Shown here: positions 11,264 through 25,195 of the stretch, piece by piece | Layout of the letters: each line of letters opens with the position of its first letter | Numbering within the stretch: position 1 is the first letter of the stretch | Assembly: GCF_963921235.1 (NCBI RefSeq) | Contig: NC_086097.1 | Location: 45,634,001-45,698,000 of the forward strand | From: Mobula hypostoma | Lineage: Eukaryota | Direction: 5' to 3' | DNA: 64,000 bases | Notes under the pieces: model-generated | The model's input: the letters and a program-made list of their open reading frames with translations, nothing else | The model's database searches: none | Told to the model about the DNA's origin: nothing | Position numbers and translations under genes: made by a program

Positions 11264-14200
11264 TAAGGGGCCTATCAGCAGCAGCAACTGAGCTCGATGA
11301 AGGAGTGCTTCTCGCAGGTCAGAGGCAGTTACTTAAAATGAGAGCTTCGAGGGCGTAGTTCATTATGTGGGGCCTATCAGCGGCGGCAACTGAGCTCAAT
11401 GAACTAAAAAGTACAGAAGGGAAAGGTGGAGCGGCTGTTGTCGGGAGTAGGTCAGTGGCAGGAGTAGAAGTGACAGGCTTTGGCTAATTCAGCCTTCAGC
11501 GAAAGTGGGAGTCGGCGAGGTAAGTGGGTAGGTGGACTTCGTTTTTGGTTTTTCTTTGCATTTTTTTTGAGGGCACGTTGGTAGGGTTAGTATTTTGCTC
11601 TGGGTGTCAGTTATGGGAATCTTAGGAATCTTCCAGTCTCCCAGATGGCCACATCTGTGCCAGGTGCACCAAGATGCAGCTCCTGAGAGACTGTGTTAGG
11701 GATCTGGAGCTGCGGCTTGATGACCTACAGCTTATTAGGGAGAGTGAGAGTTAGTCACCCTGAGGCTGTGGGAGTTAGGTAAGTGGGTGACAGTCAGGGG
11801 AGTGAAGGGAAGAGCTCAGATAGTAGAGAGCACTCTGTGGTCATCCCCCTCAGTAGTCGCTATCTCATTTTGGATGTATTTGAGGGGGATAACCTGACAG
11901 AGGACGACCACTGCGATCAGGTCTCTGGCACTGATCCTGGTTCCGTGGTGCAGAAGGGAAAGAGGAAGATGAGGAATGTGGTCGTCATAGGGGATTCATT
12001 AGTGAGGAGAAAGGACAGGAGGTTCTATCAGCCTGATAGAGATACCCACATGGTGTGTTGCCTCCCAGGTGCGAGGGTACGGGATGTCTCGGATCGAATG
12101 TAGAGTATTCTGAAGGGAGAGGGTGAACAGCCAGAAGTCTTGGTACACGTTGATACTAATGACATGGGTAGAAAAAGGGAGAAGGTCCTGAAGGAAGAAT
12201 TCAGAGAGTTAGAACATAGAACATAGAATAGTACAGCACAGTGCAGGCCCTTCGGCCCACAATGTTGTGCCGACCCTCAAACCCTGCGTCCCATATTAGG
12301 TAGGAAGCTGAAAAGCAGGACCTCAGGGGTAGTAATCTCAGGATTGCTGCCTGTGCCATGTGCTAGCGAGTGCAAGAATAGCATGATCAGGCGTATTAAT
12401 GTGTGGCTGAGAGACTGGTGTTGGGGGCAGGGATTCAGATTCCTGGATCATTGGGGAATCTTCTGGGAGAAGTATGACCCTGTACAAAAAGGACAGGTTA
12501 CAACTGAACCCAAAGGGGTCCAATATCGTAGCAAGCACATTTAATAGAGCTGTTAAGGAGGGTTTAAACTAATTTGTCAGGGGGATGGGAACCGAAGTGT
12601 TAGGGTTGAGGAAGGGGAAAACAGAAATAAATCAAAGGTAGCATGCAACAGAGATTATAGAAAGAACAGACAGGAGATGAGGCTTAATCACAGCCAGTGG
12701 CATGAGTTACAGGGCAATAGAGGCGTGGTGCAGTTAAAACAGAAAGCAACAAATACCGGACTGAAAGTGTTATATTTGAATACACGCAACGTAAGGAATA
12801 AAATGGACGATCTTGAAACTTAGCTGCAAATCGGCAAATATGATGTTGTGGCCGTCTCTGAAACTTGGCTAAAGGATGGCTACCATTGGGAGCTGAGCGT
12901 CCAAGCATATACGGTGTATCAGAAAGATACATTAGTAGTTCGAGGGGGTGGTGTGGCTCTGTGTATAAGAAATAATATTAAATCATTAGAAAGAGATGGC
13001 ATAAAGTGTAGAGTCCCTATGGGTTGAGTTAAGAAATGACAAGGGTAAAAGGACCCTAATGGCAGTTGTATGCAGGCCTCCAAACAGCAGCCGGGATGTG
13101 GATTACTAATTACAACAGGAGGTAGAAAAGACGTGTCAGAAAGACAATGTCATGATAATCGTTGGGGATTTTAACATGAAAGTGCATTGGGAAAACCAGA
13201 TTAGTATTGGACCTCAAGTGAGAGAATTTGTAGAATGTCTGAGGGATGACTTTTTAGAACAGCTTGTTGTTGAGCCACTAGGGGATCGACTGTGCTGGAT
13301 TGGGTGTTGTGCAATGATCTGGAGGTGATAAGAGAGCTTAAGGTTAAGGAACACTTAGGGAACAGTGATCACAATAAGATCAAGTTTACATTGAAATTTG
13401 AGAGGGAAAAAATAAAATCCAATGTGTCGGTCTTTCAGTAGAATAAAGGAAATTACAATGGCATGAGAAAGGAACTGACCGAAGTTGATTGGAAAGGGAA
13501 GTTTGCAGGAAGGACAGCAGAACAGCAATGGCTGGAGTTTCTGCAAAAAATGAGGGAAGTGCAAGACACATATATTCCAAAGAAGAAAAAAGTTTCTAAA
13601 GGAAGAGGACACTACTGTGGCTGACAAGTGAAGTCAAAGCCAAAGTAAAAGCAAAAGGGAGGGTATACAGGGAAGCTAGATCTAGTGGGAAGATAGAGGA
13701 TTGGAAAGCTTTTAAAAACTTGTAGAAGGAAACTAATAAGGTCATTAGGAAGGAGAAGATGAGTTATGAAAGGAAGCTGGTGACTAATATCAAAGAAGAT
13801 ACGAAAAGCTTTTTTAAGTACATAAAAGGTAAAAGAGAGTTGAGGGTAGATATGCGACCAATACAAAATGATGCTGGAGATATTGTAATGAGAGATGCAG
13901 AGATGGCAAAGGAACTGAATGCGTATTTTACATCAATCTTCACAGTGGAAGACATCTGCAATATACCGGACATTCAGGAGTGTCAGGGAAGTGAAGTTTG
14001 TGCAGTGAAAATTACGACTGAGAAGGTGCTCAGGAAGCTTAATGGTCTGAGAGTGGATAAATCTCCTGGACCTGATGGAATGCACCCTCTGGTTCTGAAG
14101 GAAGTAGCTGGAGAGATTGCAGAGGCATTAACAATGATCTTTCAAGAATCAATAGATTGTGGCTTGTACCGGATGACTGGAAAATTGCAAGTGTTACTTC

Positions 14201-15638
14201 ACTGTTTAAGAAGGGTGGGAGGCAGCAGAAAGGAAACTATAGACCTATTAGCCTGACATCAGTGGTTAGGAAGTTGTTGGAATCGATTGTTAGGGATGAG
14301 ATTATAGAGTACCTGGAGGCAAATGACAAGATAGGCCAAAGCCAGCATGGTTTCCTGAAAGGAAAATTCTGCCTGACCAACCCACTGCAATTCTTTGAGG
14401 AAATTACAAGCAGGGTAGACAAGGGGGATGCAATAGACGTGGTGTATTTGGATTTTCAGAAGGCCTTTGACAAGGTGCTGCACATGAGGATGCTCAGCAA
14501 GATAAGAGCCCATGGAATTACAGGGGAGTTACTAGCATGGGTGGAGCATTAGCTGGTCGGCAGAAAACAGAGAGTGGGAATAAAGGGGTCCTATTCTGAC
14601 TGGCTGCTAGTTACCAGTGGAGTTCCGCAGGGGTCAGTGTTGGGACTGCTGCTTTTTTATGATATATGTCAATGATTTGGACGACAGTATTAATGGATTT
14701 GTGGCTAAATTTGCCAATGATACCAAGATAGGTGGAGGAGCGGGTAGTGTTGAGGAAACAGCTTGCAGAGAGACTTAGGTAGTTTAGGGGAATGGGCAAA
14801 GACGTGGCAAATGAAATACAATGTTGGAAAGTGTGTGGTCATGCACTTTGGTGGAAGAAATAAACAGGCAGTCTATTATTTAGATGGGGAGAGAATTCAA
14901 AATGCAGAGATGCAAAGGGACTTGGGAGCCCTTGTGCAAGATACTCTAAAGTTTAACCTCCAGCTTGAGTCGATTATGAAGAAAGTGAATGCAATGTTGG
15001 CATTCATTTCTAGAAGTATAGAATATAAGAGCAGGGATGTGATGTTGAGACTCTATAAGGCAGTAGTGAGACCACACGGAGTATTATGTGCAGTTTTGGG
15101 CTCCTTATTTTAGAAAGGATACACTGACATTGGAGAGTGTTCAGAGAAGTTTCACAAGAATGACTCCAGGAATGAAAGGGTTACTGTATGAGGGATATCT
15201 GGCAGCTCTTGGGCTGTATTCCCTGAAGTTCAGGAGAATGAGGGGGGGAATCTCATAGAAACATTCTGAATGTTAAAAGGCCTGAACAGTTTATATATGG
15301 CAAAGTTTATTTCCCATGGTAGGAAATTCTGGGACAAGAGGGCATGACTTCAGGATTGAAGGACATCCATTTAGAACTGAGATGAGGAGAAATTACTTTA
15401 GTCAGAGGGTAGTAAATCTGTGAAATCTGTTGCCACGAGTGGCTGTGGAGGCCAAAACATTGGGTGTATTTAAGGCAGAGATGGATAGGTTCTTGATTAG
15501 CCAGGGCATCAAAGGGCATGGGGTGAAAGCAGGGGAGTGGGGATGACTGGAAGAATTGGGTCAGCCCATGATTGAATGGTGGAGCAGACTTGATGGGCTG
15601 AATGGCCTACTTCTCCTATATCTTATGGTCTTAAGGTC
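11264..15638 (+). mobile_element. Near full-length CR1 LINE (5' UTR, ORF1 zinc finger + SGNH esterase, ORF2 APE + RT, 3' tail), decayed
   Basis: ORF1 remnants: CSGC..HICARC, VVVIGDSLVR, CCLPGARV, VISGLLPV. ORF2 remnants: [41 protein letters not shown]. 3' tail tcttatggtcttaaggtct. Confidence 0.93.
12213..12295 (-). mobile_element. 83-bp CR1/SINE 3'-tail insert inside CR1 ORF1
   Basis: (agaacat)n tail plus ggcccttcggcccacaatgttgtgccgac, flanked by ttag (12209-12212 and 12296-12299). Removing it restores EEFRELGRKLKSRT. Confidence 0.8.
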
Positions 15639-15899
15639 TAAGTTGTGCATTTTTAACTGCTAATGTACTTCCAAATTCAGAAACTTCTGTTTGTAAAATT
15701 GCTTTACAAATTAGGAACTTAAGGCAGAATTTTGACATCAGCATCACTCTTAAATATCTAAGTTCCAAAAAGATTTTCTAGTTGATTCTTATTTATTCCT
15801 GAGAGTTTTTATTTATTGCTGAGAATTTTGTGCCTGCAGTCGGTGCTTTTAATTGCATTAAGCTTCCAAATGTCTGCTAGTATGTTGATTATTTCTGTC

Positions 15900-16410
15900 A
15901 CCAAGATGAAGCTCGATGCAGATTAGAGGATCAGCAACTCGTATTCTGCCTTGGTAGTCTCTAATCTGACAGCATCAACATTAGTTTCTCTAATTTCTAA
16001 TAACATCTCCCCTTTGTCGCTCTCTTTATCCCCTTACCTCACTTACCCCTATCACACCCTCTTTCCCCTCCACTCCCCTTTCAATCTGCCTATCACTCCC
16101 TCATTCTTCCCACCGACTCCCCTCTTCACCACTGTCCTCTCACAATGGATTTCATCCTCTTTATCCCTTTGTTACTTCCATGTATCACCTATAAACTTCT
16201 AACTTAACACTCATTTCCACTCCTCGCCCCCCATCTGGATTCGCTTATTGCCTGCCAGCTCCATGCCCCCCTACCTTTTTATACTGGAACAAAAGTCCCT
16301 CTTTCGAGTCCTGATGATAGGTTCTGACCTGAAACATGACTGACCATCTCTGTAGACGCTACCTGTTGCCCAGCTTGTTTGGGTCCTCTGGAATCACCTC
16401 CATGTGTTGA
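15900..16410 (+). mobile_element. Penelope-like 3' fragment with degenerate hammerhead (16307-16341)
   Basis: RLEDQQLVFCLGSL-like C-terminus, pyrimidine-rich spacer, then AGUC-CUGAUGA-UAGGUUCUGACCU-GAAACAU-GACU (one base short at the cleavage site). Confidence 0.7.
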
Positions 16411-19184
16411 AATGTCAGAACTGGGGCTGGTTATGAAGGGAAAGGCCAGCACTTCTCTGATACTTGCTGCTATTTTCCTGTAAAATCCAGGATAGTGGCT
16501 TCAGTTTTACATCAGCAAGCACTATGGATTATAATTCTGATTAGGCTTCCTATTTGGTTGAAAGTCAGTGTTCCAAAGAGAATTTACCAACTCTTTCACT
16601 AGTCTGAATTAAGCTAGAATTTTTCAAAGTTGTTTGTATTGATATCTAATTTTACAGTATACAATTACTGTAGATGTCTCTGAACCAGCATTTTTGGGAA
16701 ATGAATCTATTATTTCAATGGGTGAACATATAGAATGTCATTACCTATTTGCATCGACAGTACTTTATTAGAATATTGTCTAAACATGGTATCTCAAACC
16801 CCTTTTACATATATAACAGGTTTAAGGAATTTTAGAATTCAGTATTTTTAGAAATGCAAAGGTGCTTACACAAAAATCTATATTTATTTTTATCAACTTT
16901 TGATAATCGGGGAGATCAAGGTTTTTAGGGAAGTTCTGAAATAGTGTGACACACAAAGTGATGGTCACACTTTTCACATTGATCAAACTTGTTAACAAGT
17001 GAAAACACAGCAGCATGAATTGATTTTACATAGCAAGATAGAGATTTTTATCTTTAACAACATAAAACTATTTTTTCCTAAACAAATGAGTGAAAGTTGA
17101 TATCAATTTGCGGGATGAAACTCTAAATGTAATTCTTTACAATTGATTGTATTTTTCCTCAACAATTGATTATGTGCGGTGAAAAGCAGAATATTTGTTT
17201 GGAAAGGTTGCCTTTCTAAAGGTCGCTTCATTTGCAGGATATATTTGTTTCACATGGAATCTGCTTTATCCAATTACATAACCATGAAGTCTCCTACTGC
17301 TGGTATCAATTATAAGAATGCTGTAGTAAGCATGTTGCATGGAGGTTTCCAAATAAATAGAGAATTCCTTTTTTAGTGACATTTTTCTCAACTGAAATTT
17401 TTCTGCATTATTATCCTGGTGATTTCACAGCCCTTACAATTCATTTATTTAGGACAGAGAAATTTTAGATGATAAGCTTTTCGCTGTTTATAATATTGTA
17501 TTATTAACACCAACTTGGGTACAAATAAATTAGAATGAAATTTACAGTATAGAGTCAACTTGCTCTTGATTGTAAAAGCCTTGATCGGCACTCACTCAGC
17601 TGAAACTTTGCAGTACATGAGCGGCAATACCAGTACTTTTCATTTATATCCTGTTTTAAATTCATATCCTTACCCTTGTAGCTGTGGTAACTTGTTTGTT
17701 ATTTGAAGGGATCACCAGCTTCATTGGGGAAGTGGCTTTGATCCTGGTTTAAATTTCAAATCTTTTCTAGACAGTTGCTGATGCAGCAAATAAACTGTCT
17801 ACTGAGAAAGCACAACCTGGCTACCTCAGATAGATATCACTATCAGCCTTTTGTATTTATTCTGATCCTACTGTTTTCATTTGTCTGTAGCAATGCCTAA
17901 GTTAAAGCCTGTGAACTTTGCTCTGACGTGTACATTATATTGCAAAATTGTTGCACTTAACAATTGTAAATGTGCAATTCTGGTCATAAACCTTTGCTTG
18001 CTCATACGCTTGTCATTCAAGTGTAAACTTCAACATTGAGTGTTAGTTCTGTAGCAATGCAAGCTACAGTGATGCTGTTGCATTTACCATCGGGAGAAAG
18101 AACCTGAAAGTACTTGAGAATTTGTCTATGTTCATTTCTTACCTTCATTTGTAAAATGAGGAGACTGAGTCCAGTTCTCCAAATATCCTTCTCACAGCAT
18201 GCCCTTCCAATTGCTATCACCTGCAAACATGGATACCTATTTCTTCAGATCCTTATTGTAGATTCAGCAAAACTCTTAATACTCCACTTTCCAACTATTT
18301 GGAAAATCTAGCAGTTCATCTGAACCGTCATGCTCTGGTTTCCATGCTGTCTTTCAGTTTGCTCGTTCCCTGGATCCCAAGCATTCTTGCCTGATCTCCC
18401 ATTCTTCTGTTCCCTTTCATCTCACCAGCTTCAATGGAAAATTTGCCATTCTGCTGTGTAACTACTTTTCTAAAAGGTGAACTAAGAGTGTGTTGGAGTA
18501 TTAAAAGAATGATGTCAGATAGTCTGGAAAATTAACATGTCTGGCACCACTATATTCTAGAGCACACCTCATTAATGAAGTTCCCCTGTAATAAATCATT
18601 GAGGATCAAGGGCTGATCATTGGGGTGTACATTATTAGTTGCATCTTTCCTGTCTGAAAAAGACCTACTCAATCAACTCTCTGACTTTGATGTGATCCCA
18701 TTCATCCAGATTGGCGCACTTGGCAATGCCATATGTTCTTGTGCGCAAGCCTTCTATGTGGCATCAAGTGCCTTCAGGAAATCCAAATGCATTAAGTTGG
18801 CAGGTACCCCTCTTTCAACTCTACATGTTATATCCTTGAACTCTTTAAAAAAATGATTAAACGTAATTTTTTTGTAAAAACATTAGTGACTTGATACAGT
18901 TAAGCTTCTCTAAATGATTCGTTATTTCTTCCTTGATTATAGACCCCAATGTCATGCCAACAATTGATAATAAACTAACTGACCTATAATTTCCTGCACT
19001 TCCTCCTCTTCCCCCCCTCCCCCACCCCACCCCGAATAAGCTCTCATATTCGTGGTTTTCATTGGTGCCTTCCGGGAAATTAGAGGAGCTGTAAGCCATG
19101 TGCTGTGATCTCAGCTGCTCTCCGACTCTTCGACCACATGCTTACCCAGACCCGCTATGATAGCCATGTATCCTGTATCTTTTT

Positions 19185-19405
19185 CACCATTCAACCTCCC
19201 AGCTCTTTGCTTCATCCTTCCCCTCCCAGTTTCACCTATCACCTTGTGTTTCTCTCCCCCTTCCCCAACCTTTTAAATCTGCTCCTCATCCTTTTTTCTC
19301 CAGTCCTGCCAAAGGGTTTCGGCCCACAACGTCAACGTCAACTGCCTGACCTGCTGAGTTTCTCCAGCATGTGTGTGTTGCTTGGATTTCCAGCACCTGC
19401 AGCTT
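19185..19405 (+). mobile_element. Penelope pLTR fragment
   Basis: cagtcctgccaaagggtttcggccc...ctgcctgacctgctgagtttctccagcatgtgtgtgttg; same family as 9440-9540, ribozyme core mutated. Confidence 0.7.
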
Positions 19406-20826
19406 TTTGTTCTAAACCTCTTGGGTGCGGAGCATTGGATACTAGTGACTTTTTTGTCTTTAGTTCCATCATTTTTTTTTCTAATAACTTGTTCCTTTTG
19501 AGAATGTTATAATTTCTTCCTTTCTGCTTAAAACTAGCCCATCTGTTATGTGTAGGATGTTTGCAGTGTCTCTCAGAGTGAAGACTGTTATGAACTATTG
19601 GTTACCATTATGTGCCCTTTCCTCATTTCAGGCTATTAATTTCCTCAGTCTTAGTTTCCTGGAGACCCATACTTATAAAACCTGTTCCTTTTCAAAAAAT
19701 ATATCCACTGAAGCTTGCTTTGATGTTATTTGCAAGTTTGCTTGCATAAGCAATTTGCTCCCCTTGTGAAGTTTATAGTCTTATGCTACTGGTTCCTGAA
19801 AAACTCCTAATCTCTAATGCTTTGGAATATTCAGGATATTTCTGTTATATTTCTCTGGAATCCTTTTTTATTCAGTATTTTCATTGACTGCTTTCATTAA
19901 TCATGGGCCATTCATCTCTGTCACAAAGTCCCTCTTTCTGCTGACGATCATGATATAAAATATCTGCCACTGACCCTTTTACCCTATTTTCAAAGTCCAC
20001 TCTGGACAGCTGTTCCTTCAAACCTTGGCTATTGCTCTTTTTAAAGGCAAGGGCACTGAAACCTGAAGGACAATTGTTCCAAAAATGTGAAATCTGGGCA
20101 CAACAGCTGTTTCAAATTTCACTGATAAGGATTCAATGAAAAGAATGCTTGAAAGGCTTTGTAAATGTTGTATGGAAAAGAAAGCTCCCTTGTAATTCCA
20201 CTCGTGATTGTTGCAACATTCATGAGGCTACCAGCATTCATTAACAGAAAAAATGATTTTCCACCACGTGAGGATATATTTTCAATGCGGGTTCATGTTA
20301 CAGCCAGTGTTCTTTTTACACTCAATTCCTGCCTGCTTTTGTATTGCAGCAGAACAGTAAAGCTCCCATAATCTGCCATGCTCAGGATTTTGATAGTACT
20401 GGACGAGCAGGTTTTCTAGACCATTGGATGTTAATCTTTTCAATACACTTTTAATTTTTTTCAGTGGTTCAATTTAATATCAGAGAATGTATACAGTATA
20501 CAATCTGAAATCCTTACTCTTCGCAGACCTCAACAAAAGAGAGAAAAATCCCGAAGAATAAACGACAGAAAACCATTAGTACCCTCTCCTGTATACTCTA
20601 GCAAAAGCATCAACCCCCATCCCCACCATGCAATAGCAAGCCCCTGGAGATCATGATCTAGAGTTTATCAAAAACTACTGTCCAAACCAACATTTCAAAA
20701 GGCTGTCTCTCTCACTAGAGGGGGAGAGAGTCATCGCTCCTGCCACAGCAAGAGGGGAGACCAAAAAACTCACTGTTTTGATGTTACTATCTGCAGCGTC
20801 ACTTATTCGAGTTCCCCAACTCGAGA

Positions 20827-20940
20827 ATCAGTAAACTCTCTCTCACCATTGTGTGTGTGTGTGGGTGAGATATATATATCTCACACACACACAATGGTGA
20901 GAGAGAGTTTACTGATAGAGATATATATATATATATACTA

Positions 20941-20984
<44 letters not shown>

Positions 20985-21005
20985 TTCTGTCTCTCTATCT
21001 ATCTA
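20827..21005. repeat. ~90-bp inverted repeat followed by (AT)n and (CT)n microsatellites
   Basis: atcagtaaactctctctcaccattgtgtgtgtgtg (from 20827) is mirrored by cacacacacacaatggtgagagagagtttactgat (to 20916). (AT)n at ~20921-20937, (CT)n at ~20946-20980. Confidence 0.9.
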
Positions 21006-21039
21006 TCATTTGAGAGCAGAGGCCTTCAATAGCCGCGCC

Positions 21040-21575
21040 CACAGAGGTTGGCTGGCGTTTACAGGATTCCCTGTGAATGTGGAACAGCACATATCGGCAG
21101 ATGGGACACACGGTGGAAACCCACATCAAGGAGCACAGGAGGTGTATCCATTTGGGTTACCCAGAGGAATTGGCGGTAGCAGAACACTATTCACAATAGC
21201 CATAGGATTGACTGCGATGGCACAAAACTACTGTGCTGCGCCAGCGGCTTTTCAGACTGCCTGGTAAAGGAAGCTATTGAAATAAAACTGGAGGAAAAGA
21301 ATTTTAACAAAGATAAAGATCTCACTCTAAGTAAGAACTGGAATTCAATTGTAAACAAGGCGAGTGAGCGGAAACCTGATTGGATGAGGACTAACCAATT
21401 GGGAGGGACGGACTATGGGGATGTAAATACCACTGACTAGGCATACCCACGCATCATCCCTGAAGAAGATGGCAGAGTTTGTCATTGAAACGTCAGTTAT
21501 AATCGATAACTGTACTTGGCTGGAATCCCGAGAAGAGTTTATTTGTCATGTAGGCTAGGAAAGCACTAGATCTTC
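21040..21575 (+). mobile_element. Second Penelope family: GIY-YIG endonuclease remnant plus pLTR with hammerhead core (21460-21494)
   Basis: GVYRIPCECGTAHIG from 21054, then LVKEAIEIKLEEKNFNKD, then CUGAAGA-a-GAUGGCA/UGUCAUU-GAAACGUC. Confidence 0.8.
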
Positions 21576-22030
21576 TTTCATGAGAAAGAAAAGTTTCTGA
21601 AGTGGATTTGTATTTTCTTTACAATCGTTGTAGCCAGTGTCACTGATAAGTTAAAACTCAGTGACATTCTGTAACCTCCAAATTCCTAAGTAGCAGGAGC
21701 TTAAGATTTTTCATATAACCCATCATTTAATAAATACTGGCATTTAGAGTATATATCTTAATGTGCCTCAGTTTCACTATAATATTTTCCTAAAACAAAT
21801 ATCAACTTGCTAATTTGCAAAGTTTATTTAATTGTTTTTACAGAGAGAGGGCAAGCTGAGGCAGGCATTTGTAGGTAAGATAGCAAACTGAGTGAACTAA
21901 TCTGGTACTTGCATAATTACATGTAAACTCAATTAAAATGTGCACAGAATTGCATGATGGTTGAGTACTGTTATTCATTTATGTCTATATTTGTGATATT
22001 AAAATAATTTTTTTTAATTTTTATTTAAAG

Positions 22031-22172
22031 CCACTGGGAACACAACTGATCAATGTTTATTGTAGCCCCAATGACCAGATGCTTTGGGCCATTGACAATC
22101 GTGGAAATGTGCATGTTCGAATTGGAATAACAGAAGCCATGCCTGTAGGAACTAATTGGGAGCATGTGCCAG
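22031..22172 (+). CDS. TECPR2: TECPR2 coding exon (3rd from last; not in the ORF track)
   Basis: T-rich acceptor ...tttaaAG and donor GTaaaa; 142 nt, phase 0 to 1. Encodes PLGTQLINVYCSPNDQMLWAIDNRGNVHVRIGITEAMPVGTNWEHVP(G). Confidence 0.96.
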
Positions 22173-24065
22173 GTAAAAGTAGAAATCATTTATCCCATAA
22201 TGTAACTGTAGTTCTTAGTTACTTCATCTGTCATCTATATCAAATCTAGTAATGTTGTGTCGCAGTAATTTTTGGAGAACATGTTTGACAATCTCTGGCA
22301 CAATTTTCCTCGAGTAGAATTTGTCAAATTATCATCCAGACCACTTCACAATTTGTCTCCCTAATTTCTTTAGGGTATTTGATTCCAAACTACCAGATGA
22401 TCTGTATGCCTTACTTTTATGTGATATTAATGCCATTCCCTCCAGTTTCCTCTGATTCTACAATCCGTTACCAACTACAGGGGCTTGCTAGGTCACAAAT
22501 GACTTGACTTGTATAAATCTGACGTTATACATATTCTCCCAAAAGTATTTTTTAATTTAGTAATAATGAAATGTTTCATGGTGTTTATTAATAAATGGAT
22601 GTAGTGTATGTTCCATCAGTTTAACTATTGATAGTGTCAATGAAATGCAAAAATTATAGCAAGTATACCTAGAAGGATAGAGTATGCATTACACAAGAAA
22701 ATGGCATTTTTGAATTATGGAGAAATCAGCTAACAGACAGTTCTCAGGAATGGAACTCTTGTGTAACCCAGGGACTGCCTGTACTATGAGGCATGATACC
22801 AATGGTGAAAACCCAGTAAGTCAGGCACATTTATGGAAAAAGAAACAGAATTAATGTTTTGAGTCCAAAACACTTTGTCAAAACTGGCCAGTTTTGATAA
22901 AGTGTGAGACATGAAACAGTAACTTTCCCTTTTCATAGACCAGCTGAGTATTTCCACCATTTTTCTATTTCATTTCAAATTTCCAGCATTTTTGTTTAAT
23001 TTTAATGATACTTTTAACAGTTTTACCATTACCTCGCCCTCCACTGTAATATCTCCAGCATTATCTAGCAAGAGATATATCTTTACTACAGCATCGTGCT
23101 AAATTGTATTTTCAGGCAACTAATTTTTTATTTACATTTCTTCTTGGCCCTTAGATTCCCATTTCACATAATTATTCTGAGTTGTTATTATCTACCATGT
23201 AAATGCCATCTCTTTTAATGTATGTTCTTTATCCAGAGCTTCAGTATTTTGTTTCCTTTAATGAACTGTTCATGAATTTTATTACATCCAATATCTATTT
23301 GAATATTTCCTCATAGTGATCTAATTCTGTTGTTTTTAATTACATTCTGGACAAGATTCCTTTTCTTTCCGTTTTTTTTCTCTTCTTGTGCACTCTCTAA
23401 TTTTGATTTAAAAACTCTTTTTCCCAAATATCTCGTGATTATTACGTTGCCAACTTCCCCTGCTTTCTTAAACAAAAGCAAGTTAAATTGTACTTCCTCC
23501 TCCACTGAAATGCAGCTGGAGGTTGATCAATAAAGATAAATGATGTTTTTAAGGAATGATTTAAATAATTGGGTCAGCAGGAGGAATTATCTGCTCCTTG
23601 GTGAGTTTGTTTTGGTTTCAGAGTTTCTTCCACAAATCCTGCAATATTTAGAAAGGCTCTAAATATAAACCAGTAAATTCTAGGCCAGTGAGACTGACGT
23701 CAGTTGTGGGAAAGTTGTTGAAAGGTATTCTGAAAGAGTCCGGATATACAAATGTTTGCATAAACTTGGACTGATTAGGAATAGTCATTTTTTTGTGCAT
23801 GGTTGGTCATGTCTAACAAATCTTATAGTTTTTTGAGGAAGTTACCAGGAAAGTGGATGAAGAGAAAGCAGTGGATGTTGTCTACATGGACTTTAGCAAG
23901 GCATTTGACAAGGTCTCACATGGGAGGCTGGTCAAGAAGGTTCAGTCACTGACCATTCAAGATAAGGTAGTCAATTGGATGAGACATCGGTTTTGCGGGA
24001 GAAGTCAGTGAGTGGTGGTAGATTGGGTACCTCTCTGACTGGAGGCTTGTGACCAGTGACTGATG

Positions 24066-24303
24066 GTCCACCGAGATGCAACACAGAGCGTCATAGGAGG
24101 TCATTCTTGCCTGTGGCCATCAAACTTTTCAGCTCCTCCCTTGGAGGGTCAGACACCCTGAGCCGATAGGTAGGTCCTGGACTTATTTCCTGGCATAATA
24201 TACATATTACTATTTAACTATTTATTGTTTTATTACTATTTGATTATTTATGGTGCAACTGTAACGAAAACCAATTTCCCCTGGAATCAATAAAGTATGA
24301 CTA
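24066..24303 (+). mobile_element. Rex1-type LINE 3' stub with 9-bp TSD
   Basis: PRCNTERHRRSFLPVAIKLF followed by AATAAA and a short tail. tgactgatg at 24057-24065 and 24304-24312. Confidence 0.75.
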
Positions 24304-25195
24304 TGACTGATGCTGAGTCCACTAGTTGTTTGTCATCTATATCAATGATCTGGATGATGTGGTCAACTAGATCAGCAAATTTGCAGATGACACCAAGATT
24401 AGGAGTGTAGTGGACAGTGAAGAAAGCTATCATGGTTTGTGGATGGATCTGGACCAGCTGGAAAAATGAGCTGAAAAATGGCAGATGGAATTTAATGCAG
24501 ACAAGTGTGAGGTGTTGCACTTTGGTAGGACCAGCCAGGTTAGATCTTACACAGTGTACGGTAGAACACTGAGGAGTATGGTAGAAGACAGTGATCTGGG
24601 CATACAGGTTCATAATTCGTTGAAAGTGATGTCACAGGTTGATAGGGTCGTAAAGAAAGCTTTTAGCACTTTGGCCCTTATAAATCAAAGTACTGAGTTC
24701 AGGAAATGGAATGTTCTGTTGAAGTTGTACAAGACATTGGTGAGGCCTAATTTGGAGAATTGTGTACAGTTTTGGTCACCCACCTACAAGAAAGATGTAA
24801 ACAAGGTTGAAAGAGTACAGAAAAAAATTTACAAGGATGTTGCCAGGTTTGGAGGACCTGAATTAAAAAGGAAGATTGAATAGGTTAGAACTGTATTCCT
24901 TAGAATATAGAAAGTTGAGAGGAGATTTGGTAGAAGTACACAAAATTATGAGGGCTGTAGATATGTAAATGCAAACAGGCTTTTTCTATTGATATTGATG
25001 TTGGGTGGGATGACAATCAGAGGTCATGGGTTAAAGAGGAAAGGTGAAAAATTTGAAGGGAACATGAGAGGTCGTGAGAGTGTGGAACGAGCTGCCAGCA
25101 CAAGTGGTGCATACAAGTTTGATTTCAACACTGAAGCAAAGTGTGAATAGGTACATGGATGGTATGGATATGGAGCATTATGGTTCCAGTGCATG

